DNA of 64,000 nucleotides. Source: Chiloscyllium plagiosum. Lineage: Eukaryota. Every line of letters begins with the position of its first letter. The stretch's first letter is position 1. The stretch lies in contig NC_057755.1 in the NCBI RefSeq assembly GCF_004010195.1, forward strand, positions 5,025,643-5,089,642, in the 5' to 3' direction. The notes beneath the pieces are model-generated. The model did no database searches. It saw only the letters and a list, made by a program, of their open reading frames with translations, and was not told the origin of the DNA. Made by a program: the position numbers and the translations under genes. Positions 53,636 to 64,000 of this stretch are shown here, in pieces.

Positions 53636-53702
53636 CAGGAACACCAATGATGGCAATGATTGTGTAGACTATTTTAGAAATACTGTGGAATACGCCAAGC
53701 AT
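53636..53702 (-). CDS. GPCR copy D, exon 1
   Basis: MLGVFHSISKIVYTIIAIIGVP+G, 67 nt, with a perfect GTAAGT donor. It joins 48475 in frame across an intron of about 5.2 kb. Confidence 0.88.
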
Positions 53703-53778
53703 TTTTCTCCGTGAATTATTGTGTGGTATCGATTCCAAATGAATTAAAATTGAGGCATGACATTATTGTAGCCTGGGA

Positions 53779-53791
53779 TTTATACCTGTGA
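53779..53791 (-). promoter_or_regulatory. Candidate TATA box of copy D (TCACAGGTATAAA)
   Basis: 77 nt upstream of the ATG. Related motifs lie upstream of copy C and the orphan exon. Confidence 0.5.
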
Positions 53792-55899
53792 GAAGTCTAT
53801 AGGGAATTTACAGTTGTAATACCTCTTTACTTTGGATCCAAGAAACAAGAATACACATTGCTCAAAAATAAAAAAAAACAGATTTGAGAATTGGGAGCAG
53901 TTCAGGTTTCAGTAACATAATACAAAGTATTAATTAAGTGGGGGGGGGGGGATACAGAGCGAGGGTGAGCGTGAAGGGAACATTAAAAAAACATAGCAGA
54001 GAAATATCAAGAGAAAAGAATTAATAAAGTGGAATGGAAGTCTCTCACATCTAAAGATAGGGGAATTCGAACTGCGCACAAACAGGTGGCAAATTCATGA
54101 AATACATATTTTAGTTCTCTCTTAACAACAGAGGGCGTAAATAAAGCCCAAGTAATACTGGGGACAGAGTCCAGTGAGATGAAGGAGCCATAGACTCTCT
54201 TCAGCCCATTGCGTTTGCACCTGCGAACAAACTACCCAATGTTTGCACTAGACATATATTCCTGCATTCAGCCCGTAGCCTTGAATGATCTACATTTCAA
54301 ATGGATAACCCAATACGTTTTTTTAAAAAAATGTGAGGTCTGTACTCCACTATCCTTTTAGGTCGTGCATTCCTGACACCCACCGCACTCTGGTTTCCCT
54401 GATTCCCCTTTAAACCTCATGCTTTTCACTTTAATATCATCTCCTCATACCCCATCCCTTGTTACTGACCCTTCACTAAGCGAACAACCGCTTGTTATCC
54501 ACCTTACCGTGACTCTCATAATCTTAAACAATTTATTCAGGACCGCCTCAACCGTCTATGCTTGAAATAGAAAATTAAGGACATCAGCATTATTCGGGAA
54601 ATGGTTTTGGGTAAACGCTAATAAAGGCTAATAAAACCTCGGCCAAAATAATCTACGTTCCAGAATATTTCAGGAATTGTCCCGAGTAATATTGGATGCG
54701 TTCATGATCACCTGCCAACGTTCTATCAACTCTGGAACATAAGAAGACAAGGACATAAGAGCCAGGAGGGGATGTGGGTCATTAAGCCCTTCGAGACGGT
54801 TCCACCATCGATAGATGAGCTCAAGTTGACCTCATTTACTTTCCTGTCCCCTTTGCATATCCCCTTAAGTCATTGCTGATTAAAAACGTTTCCATCACCT
54901 CGTTAAATTTGATCAATGTTCTGCATCCACCGCACTCTGGGGGAGTAAATTCCACAGTTTGACGACCTTTGAGAGAAGGAAATTGTCCACATCGCTGTTT
55001 GAAATCTGCTGTTCCTTATGGTAAAAGTATGACCTCTACTCTTGACTGCCCCACATGAGGTAACATCCTCTCGACGTCTACTTCGCAAATCCCCGTTAAC
55101 ATCTTATATTCCTCAATTAGATCTCCTCTCATTCTTGTAAACTCCAAAGTTTTTGGATCAAACCTGTTTAATCTCTCTTCACAGGACAGTTCCTGCGGAT
55201 TGAAGGGTCACCGATGTAATTCGAATGTTTAACGTGAGGAAAGAGCAAAATAAAGATCATTTGGCCTGACATCACAATCGGAACTAATGCCGTTTTGGAT
55301 TTAAAAAAAAATGTGTTTAAACTTCATTCCACCTCAGACATCCATAAGGCATTTCAGCTACTTATCTGAGGTCATATAACAGGATCAAACAGGGTACATG
55401 CAGGAAGGCTGTTACAGAACCAGACGTCAAAATTCAAGTATTTGTTTTTTCCCCGTTTCTTCATTTAGATTGGAAATATAGAGAATAGTGAACATCAAAG
55501 TGTAAATTTGTTCTCTGTTATGAAGAGAGTATGGATCTGAGCGGCTTCATTAACAGTACACAAATAATTATTTTGTGAAAAAAATATAATTTTACATATA
55601 ACTCTGAGTGTTGGGCCCTGCTAATGCCTCAACTAAATGCCAGTAGTTTGATTGTAAACACAGAGAATGGTGTACGTCAAGGCTTCAGTTGTTCTCTGTA
55701 AGTAAAGTGTGTATAGATGTGAAGAGCTACATTAATTGTAGATGTACATAAAGATGCATCTTTATCAAGAACGTAAATTTTTGCAAAATTGTCATATGAT
55801 AGTTTATAGAACCAAACTACTTCAGTGGCTATTTATGTACATGAAAACATTTTTATGAATAAAGTATGTTTCTGAAATTAAAACTAAATGCAGAGTGTT

Positions 55900-56850
55900 G
55901 TGAAGGATAGGCTTAGTCTCATCGTACTGAATGCTCCAGATAGTTGGACCGCTCCGTATCACTTGTCCCTCGTGCTAAGAGAAACACCATTGACCACAAT
56001 TCATCTTGAAGTGGACAGCATGCAGTGTACCTGAGATCCTGCGGTAAAAGGAGGTGGTGGATCCTGTCGCCTAGTTCCCTGGGCAGGCTGTTGAATTCGT
56101 TTGGCAGAATGCCTCAACACCAGAATTTTCAAACAAATGCCAAGACGTCTCTTGGTTAGTGGTGAGAAGAAAATTACGTGTCAGATCCCTCATGAATGCC
56201 TGGTCGCTCTTTACTACCACACGCTGCCCTCGAAGCTGTTGAAGATGTATGGGGGTGAGGAGTGGTGGAAGAATGTCACACATCTTCTTCTGGAATGTGT
56301 CTTTGCCAAGTCTGGAGGAAGACTTTGTTCGAGGTTCTTACTGCGCAGCTCCCTGATTCAGGACTCTGTGATCTCCGGTCTGTTCCCGTAAACGCCCACT
56401 GCAACAGGCAGCGACTGCCCCTGGAGGACCATCAACCTGATGAAAGACATTCTCTGGTCTGCCCAACACTTGTTGGTCTTCTAAAACAAGGAGTTTGACC
56501 TGACTGAGTATTGCAGACGGGCACATTCCAAGGCCAAGGACGATATTGTGAGGGACACACGGTAGCTTGTGGTAGGTGCCTCCATGGTCCAGAGGCGAAA
56601 GAACACTATTTATGGTCTTTCAGCTAAAACACAAGGAAGCCCCGTTCAATTATCGGATTCTCCCAGCACTTGTAATTCATTTGAATATTGTCTTGATGTG
56701 TTAGAGATGTCTGATTTTTGTTTGGAGCGAGTCAAACTCCTGTTTATTTTTTCTTGTTATGCAATTGTACAGAACGAAGCTGCATGTGTTACTAATTAGA
56801 TATAAAGATCTTTTAAATGAAGACAATATAGTTTTGAAGTAAAAAGAAAT
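55900..56850 (+). mobile_element. Tx1/L1-like LINE 3' part
   Basis: GGEE..NVTHLLLECVFAK...DSVISGLFP, a CCHC-knuckle-like ORF2 C-terminus. Confidence 0.7.
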
Positions 56851-59800
56851 TAATGGATATCTTGTAATAGAATATTGATAATTGAAAAATGACTATCCCA
56901 GTTCAATTTCTACACGTTATAAATCCACATTTAGAAACAACACATGTAATACGTTGCATTTAATAATAAGCAAACTTGCCTCGCAATCCCGTCTAATTTC
57001 TTCAGAATGCCTTCGTCTCAACTCTTCAAATTTAAGAGTCACACAGCAGCAGATTATGATCCAACAGTTTTATTGAGAGCACTGGATTTCTTCTCAGGGT
57101 CAAGCAGCTGAAATTATTTATGGGCAAAACTAGATTGTTGTTGAGTCTTTCATCTTTTAGAATGGATTACAGGTTTCAGTTCATTGATATGTAAATGCCA
57201 GAACATGTTTTAAGTCACATTCTCGAGACAACGTAAGATTTTCTCAGAAAAAAAAAGTGACATCAGAGCTCAAGCAATGCATTAAAGGTGTGAGGATAGA
57301 GGATGCCTATGTCCCAATCGTGAGTCAGACTGATGCTATTTCCAAAGTGGAATTTACAAAATATTACATGGAATGACTGCCTGCATTTTTGAGCAAAATA
57401 AAATGTTTCTGCAAAATAATTCTGCAAATCCATTTTTGAGCAAAATAAAATGTTTCTGCAAAATAATTCTGCAAATCCAAATTCACCCTGGTAGACTGAT
57501 ATATTTGTTCATATGCATGAGCATAGAACATCGAACAGTCCAGCACAGAACAAGCCCTTCAGCCCACGATGTTGTGTCGACCATTGATCCTCATGTGAGG
57601 TAAACCTCATGTACGAACTCACAAATTTCTGTGACCATATGCATGTCCAGCAGTCTCTTAAATAACCCAATGACCTCACTTCCACAACTGCTGCTGGCAA
57701 CGTATTCCATGCTCTCACAACTCTGTGCATAAAGAACCCGCCTCTGACATCCCCTCTATATTTTCCGCCAAACAGCTTAAAACTACGACCCCTCGTATTA
57801 ACAATTTCTGCCCTGGGAAAAAGTCTCTGGCTGTCAACTCTATCTATGCCTCTCATTATCTTGTACACCTCAGTTAGGTCCCCTCTCTTCCAATGAGAAA
57901 AGTCCGAGCTTAGTCAACCTCTCTTCGTAAGATAAGCTCTCCATTCCAGGCAGCATCCTGGTAAACCTCTTCTGAACCCACTCCAAAGCATCCACAACTT
58001 TCCTATAATAGGGCGACCAGAACTGGACACAGTATCCCAAGTGCGGACTAACCAAACTTTTATAGAGCTGCAACAAGATCTCATGGCTCTTAAACTAAAT
58101 CCCCCTGTTAATGAAAGCCAAAACACCATATGCTTTCTTAACAATCCTGTCCATCTGGGTGGCAATTTTAAAGGATCTATGTACTTGCAAACCAAGATCC
58201 CGCTGTTCCTCCACACTGCTAAGAATACTACCTTTAATCATCCTGTACTCAACTTTCAAGTTCGACCTTCTAAAATGCATCACCTCGCATTTATCCAGGT
58301 TGAACTCCATCTGCCACCTCTCAGCCCATCTCTGCATCCTGTCAATGTCACGCTGCTGCAGTGTACCTGAGATCCTGCGGTAAAAGGAGGTGGTGGATCC
58401 TGTCGCCTAGTTCCCTGGGCAGGCTGTTGAATTCGTTTGGCAGAATGCCTCAACACCAGAATTTTCAAACAAATGCCAAGACGTCTCTTGGTTAGTGGTG
58501 AGAAGAAAATTACGTGTCAGATCCCTCATGAATGCCTGGTCGCTCTTTACTACCACACGCTGCCCTCGAAGCTGTTGAAGATGTATGGGGGTGAGGAGTG
58601 GTGGAAGAATGTCACACATCTTCTTCTGGAATGTGTCTTTGCCAAGTCTGGAGGAAGACTTTGTTCGAGGTTCTTACTGCGCAGCTCCCTGATTCAGGAC
58701 TCTGTGATCTCCGGTCTGTTCCCGTAAACGCCCACTGCAACAGGCAGCGACTGCCCCTGGAGGACCATCAACCTGATGAAAGACATTCTCTGGTCTGCCC
58801 AACACTTGTTGGTCTTCTAAAACAAGGAGTTTGACCTGACTGAGTATTGCAGACGGGCACATTCCAAGGCCAAGGACGATATTGTGAGGGACACACGGTA
58901 GCTTGTGGTAGGTGCCTCCATGGTCCAGAGGCGAAAGAACACTATTTATGGTCTTTCAGCTAAAACACAAGGAAGCCCCGTTCAATTATCGGATTCTCCC
59001 AGCACTTGTAATTCATTTGAATATTGTCTTGATGTGTTAGAGATGTCTGATTTTTGTTTGGAGCGAGTCAAACTCCTGTTTATTTTTTCTTGTTATGCAA
59101 TTGTACAGAAGGAAGCTGCATGTGTTACTAATTAAATATAAAGATCTTTTAAATGAAGACAATAAAGTTTTGAAGTAAAAAGAAATTAATGGATATCTTG
59201 TAATAGAATATTGATAATTGAAAAATGACTATCCCAGTTCAATTTCTACACGTTATAAATCCACATTTAGAAACAACACATGTAATACGTTGCATTTAAT
59301 AATAATCAAACTTGCCTCGCAATCCCATCTAATTTCTTCATAATGCCTTCGTCTCAACTCTTCAAATTTAAGATTCACACAGCAGCAGGTTATGGTCCAA
59401 CAGTTTTATTGAGAGCACTAGATTTCTTCTAAGGGTCAATCAGCTGAAATGATTTATGGGCAAAACTAGATTGTTGTTGAGTCTTTCATCTTTTAGAATA
59501 GATTGCAGGTTTCAGTTCATTGATATATAAATGCCAGAACATGTTTTAAGTCACATTCTCGAGACAACGTAAGATTTTCTCAGAAAAAAAAGTGACATCA
59601 GAGCTCAAGCAATGCATTAAAGGTGTGAGGATAGAGAGTTCCTATGTCCCAATCATGAGTCAGATTGATGCTATTTCCAAAGTGGAATTTACAAAATATT
59701 GCATGGAATGACTGCCTGCATTTTTGAGCAAAATAAAATGTTTCTGCAAAATAATTCTGCAAATCCAAATTCACCCTGGTAGACTGATATATTTGTTCAT

Positions 59801-60645
59801 ATGCATGAACATAGAACATAGAACAGTACAGCACAGAACAAACCCTTCAGCCCACGATGTTGTGTCGACCATTGATCCTCATGTGAGGTAAACCTAATGT
59901 ACGAACTCACAAATTTCTGTGACCATATGCATGTCCAGCAGCCTCTTAAATAACCCCAATGACCTCACTTCCACAATTGCTGCTGGCAACGCATTCCATG
60001 CTCTCACAACTCTGTGCATAAAGAACCCGCCTCTGACATCCCCTCTATATTTTCCGCCAAACAGCTTAAAACTACGACCCCCCGTATTAACAATTTCTGC
60101 CCTGGGAAAAGGTCTCTGGCTGTCAACTCTATCTATGCCTCTCATTATCTCGTACACCTCAATTAGGTCCCCTCTCTTCCAATGAGAAAAGTCCGAGCTT
60201 AGTCAACCCCTCTTCATAAGATAAGCTCTCCATTCCAGGCAGCATCCTGGTAAACCTCTTCTGAACCCTCTCCAAAGCATCCACAACTTTCCTATAATAG
60301 AGCGACCAGAACTGGACACAGTATCCCAAGTGCGGTCTAACCAAACTTTTATAGAGCTGCAACAAGATCTCACGGCTCTTAAACTAAATCCCCCTGTTAA
60401 TGAAAGCCAATACACCATATGCTTTCTTAACAATCCTGTCCACCTGGGTGGCAATTTTAAAGGATCTATGTACTTGCACACCAAGATCCCGCTGTTCCTC
60501 CACACTGCTAAGAATCCTACCTTTAATCCTGTACTCAACTTTCAAGTTCGACCTTCTAAAATGCATCACCTCGCATTTATCCAGGTTGAACTCCATCTGC
60601 CACCTCTCAGCCCATCTCTGCATCCTGTCAATGTCACGCTGCAGC
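56021..60645. repeat. Tandem duplication, unit about 2.3 kb
   Basis: Identical ORFs recur at offset 2336 (56101/58437) and related ones at offset 2289 (57870/60159). The junction is near 58356. Confidence 0.95.
57522..58355 (-). mobile_element. CR1-type LINE 3' part (duplicate, truncated at the junction)
   Basis: WAERWQMEFNLDKCEVMHF; LYKSLVSPHLGYCVQFWSP. Confidence 0.9.
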
Positions 60646-61720
60646 CTACAACAGTCCCCTATTCTGTCAACGGCACCTCCAACCTTTGTGTCGTCCACAA
60701 ACTTGCTAACCTATCATTCAATCTCTTCATCCAAGTCATTAATAAAAATTACAAAGAGTGGAGGCCCAAAAACAGAGCCCCGTGGAACACCACTCACCAC
60801 TGACTTCCAGGCAGAATATTTTCCTTCAACTACCACTCGCTGTCTTCTGTCGACCAGCCAATTCTGTATCCAGATAGCTAAATTTCCCTGTATTCCATCC
60901 CCCCTGACCTTCTGAACGAGCCTACCATGGTGAACCTTATGAAATGCCTTACTGAAGTCCATATACACAACATCCATCACTCGACCCTCATCAACGTGTC
61001 TAGTAACATCGTCAAAGAACTCAATAAGATTTGTGAGGCATGACCTACCCCTCACAAAGCCGTGCTGACTGCCTTTAATCATACTATGCTCTTCCAGATG
61101 GTCATAAATCCTATCCCTCAGAATGCTTTCTAACACCTTGCAGACGACAGATGTAAGACTGACTGGTTTATAATTGCCGGGGATTTACCTATTTCCTTTC
61201 TTGAAGAGAGGAATTATATTTGTCTTCCTTCAGTCCTCCGATACGACTCTGGTGGAGAGCAAGGATGCAAAGATCTTCGCAAGCGGTGAAGCAACCACAG
61301 TTCTCGCTTCCCAAAGCAGCTGAGGACAAATCTGGTTTGGTCCTGGCGATTTGTCAATTTTAATGTTTGTCAAAAGTTTCAACATACCAGCTTCCTCAAT
61401 CTGTTCCAGCATGCATATCTGCTCCTCAATGGTTTCTTGCACTACACGGTCCTTCTTTTTAGTAAAGACAGAAGCAAAAAACTCATTTAGGGCTTCCCCT
61501 AACTCCTCAGACTCTATACACAAGTTGCCTATGCTATCCCTGATCGGCCCTACTCTTTCTTTGATCATTCTCATATTCCTCACATCCGTGTAAAATGCCT
61601 TTGGATTGTCCCTAATCCTTCCTGCCAAGCCTTTTTCGTGCCCCCTCCTGGCTGTCCTCAGACCATTTTTGAGCTCCTTCCTCGCCTGCCTGTAATCCTC
61701 TAGAGCTGAGCAAGACAGCT
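59805..61720 (-). mobile_element. Young CR1-type LINE ORF2 (tether and RT to the 3' tail), frameshifted
   Basis: [60 protein letters not shown]. Confidence 0.93.
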
Positions 61721-61838
61721 TGTGCATTTCAGAGAGTGTGCGTGAGTGTGTGAATATGTAAGTGTGTTGTGCGTGCAAGCGCGTGCGCGTGTGTGTGTCT
61801 GTGTGTGTGTATGAAAGAGACGTTATAATGTTATGGGG

Positions 61839-61928
61839 TCACTTGTAGTTTGACATGAACCCAAGGTCCCGGTTGAAGCCATCCTCATGGGTACCAAGCT
61901 TAGCTGTCAGCCTCTGCTTGGCCACTTT
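61839..61928 (-). mobile_element. Penelope-like element ORF C-terminus
   Basis: KVAKQRLTAKLGTHEDGFNRDLGFMSNYK* resembles the end of the PLE GIY-YIG region (GLN motif). Confidence 0.7.
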
Positions 61929-62384
61929 GCTTTGTTGTGTATCATCATAGCTACAGTCAACTTTTCAAAGGAGAGTTAGAGTTTTCACAGCGTTCTTGGC
62001 TCCTGTACTGGAAATCAAGATCTGTTATCCTTGCAGTTGTAACAGAGGTTAATGATTGAAAATCCACACAGAATTGGTCATTCACCGTCCTCTTAATCTG
62101 AGGTGAACAGAAAGCATTCATTCCTCCAATTCAGCCACGGGAGTTGAGAGAGCGCAACCCAGGGAGCAGATAGGAAGTTAACTTTGAATATTAAATGTTT
62201 ACCTTGTAAATCAACCGAGCAAAGGCTGAACAGTAGTGACAGCGTATATGGTGACTGCTGGGTACATGATCTAATACATCCGGGAGTGGCTAAACCTGAA
62301 ACACTACACGTGTAATGTCTCCCATCCGTCCTCCTTTTCTAATCACGCCAAAAGACTCAATATGGAACGTTGGTCAGCAATTCA

Positions 62385-63618
62385 GAGGGGGTGGAAGCTA
62401 GACCTTTTCCATGCTGCCTTTGCAGGATGTTCAAGGTAAGGCCACCACTAGTGTCCCTGCTGACTTCACCTGCGAGAAGTGCCACAAACCCAGCTCCTCA
62501 CAGACAGCGTTAGGGAAATGGAAATAGAGCTGGATGAATTTCGGATTATTCAGGAGGCTGAGGGGGTGATATAGAGGAGTTATAGGGAGATAGTCAACCT
62601 ATGTCACGGTATAAAGGTAGCTGTATGACCATCAGCAGAGAAAAAGGAAAGTGCAGGGAGCCCCTGTGGCCGTTGCCTCAAAATTAGGTATAACACTTTG
62701 TATACCTATAGGGGGAGTGAACTACTGGGAAAGCCACAGTGGCTCAGAACGGAAGGAGGGGAGAATAGGAGGGCAATAGTGATAGTAAATTCAATTGTTC
62801 GAGGAACAGATGGGAGATTGGTCGTGAACCAGGGTCCTGGATGGTGTGATGCTTCTTGAGTACCAGGGTCAGGGATGTCTCGCATCAAGTCGGCAGGATT
62901 CTCAAAGTGGAGGGTGAGTAGCCAGAAGCCGTGATACGCATCGGTACCAGTGATATAGCTAGGAAAAAGGATGAGGGCCTGAAAGGAGAATCTAGATAAT
63001 TAGATTGGAAGCAAAAAATGTCAGGACAAGTAGTGTAGTAATCTCAGGATTGCTACCGGGGCCATGAGCTAGTGAACGTAGGAATAGAGAGTGACTGCAG
63101 CTGAACACGTGGCTTTAGAGCTGGCGTAAGAGGCCGGGCTTCACATATGTAAATCATTGGGATACATTCTGGGGGAGGATAGGACATATGCAAGGAGGAT
63201 GGGTTGCAACTGAACTGGAGAGGCACCGATATCCTGACCAGAAGGTTTATGAAATCGCTTCACGAAGGTTGAAATTAGTTTGGCAGGGATTTGGGAACCG
63301 GAACGATAGATCAGAAGATGGGGTAGCTGGCGAACAGGCAGCGATTCTGTGAGGAAGTATCGAGAGTTGATAGGCAAATTTGCAGTTAGTGTGATGGGTT
63401 GAGGTGTGTCTGTTTTAACCAAAAATGTCTCAGGAATAAGGGTGATGAACATACAGCATGCATCAGTACTTGGAGCTAGGATGTTGTGACCATTATGGAG
63501 ACTTGAATATCACAGGTACAGAAATCGTTGTTGGATGTTCCGCGGTTCAGATGTTTCAAAAAGAATAAGGAGGGAGTTAAAAGAGGTGGGGAGTAGCATT
63601 GCTAATCAAGGAAAGTAC
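62385..63618 (+). mobile_element. CR1-type LINE 5' part: ORF1 (zinc-finger and SGNH esterase-like) and the start of the ORF2 endonuclease
   Basis: Frameshifted pieces FTCEKC, VIRIGTSDI, DGLQLNWRGTDIL, then IRNKGDE and the endonuclease start. Confidence 0.8.
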
Positions 63619-64000
63619 TGTCACAAAGCTAGTCCCTTTTTTGCTAAAAGCTGTTCTTCGGTTAAAGGAGTCTCTGACCTTGACATTGGCCATGTTTTAG
63701 AAGTGACCTGAAAAAGAAATGGAGTAGTCAGCTCTCTAGTTAGCTGAGTTGAGCAGTTTTATTTAAGGCTTGAACTGCAAAGTTCAACAGGGAGCTGTGT
63801 GAAAACTCTTTCTCTTTTCTGCCTTTCAAATTCAACCTATAAGCATGTGTTCCATTTATACTGGTTTTTGAAGAGAGTTTGCTTACTGGGACTGGTGCGT
63901 TTATTCGGCATAGCATAATTAACTCTTATTGGATGGGTTGAGTTTGTAGGCGTTCTTTATTCTGTTCTTTGTGTTTCATTGTGTAATTTTGTGAATAAAC
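63619..64000. mobile_element. Probable LTR inserted into the CR1 endonuclease region (runs off the window)
   Basis: CR1 homology stops abruptly and the new sequence starts TGTCAC, with T-rich LTR-like composition. The second terminus is not visible. Confidence 0.45.

Noticed and set aside
57384..57477. CRISPR-like or other prokaryotic repeat array
   Set aside because: Only two adjacent 47-nt copies with no spacers, in eukaryotic DNA.

Overview
Repeat-rich vertebrate genomic DNA, very probably from a shark (the SINE, CR1 and Penelope repertoire resembles bamboo/carpet sharks; this is inference). There is one 500-N gap at 22507-23006. The main gene content is a tandem, all-minus-strand cluster of class A (rhodopsin-like) 7TM receptors of the GPR139/GPR142-like type. 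Each unit has a 67-70 nt coding exon 1 missed by the ORF track, a phase-1 intron inside TM1 and one long exon 2. I can reconstruct four two-exon units, one orphan exon 1 and two small receptor fragments embedded in repeats. Every copy has a disabling lesion. Two copies are a single base from intact: an AG>AT acceptor in copy B and one nonsense codon in copy D. Old paralogous flanking blocks, a shared TATA-like promoter motif and a 2.3-kb tandem duplication point to birth-and-death evolution by unit duplication. The rest of the window is decayed CR1-type, Tx1-like, Rex1-like and RTE-like LINEs, tRNA-derived SINEs, a Gmr1-like Gypsy relic, Penelope-like pieces with hammerhead-ribozyme motifs, and microsatellites. 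Repeat boundaries are approximate and were read by eye.
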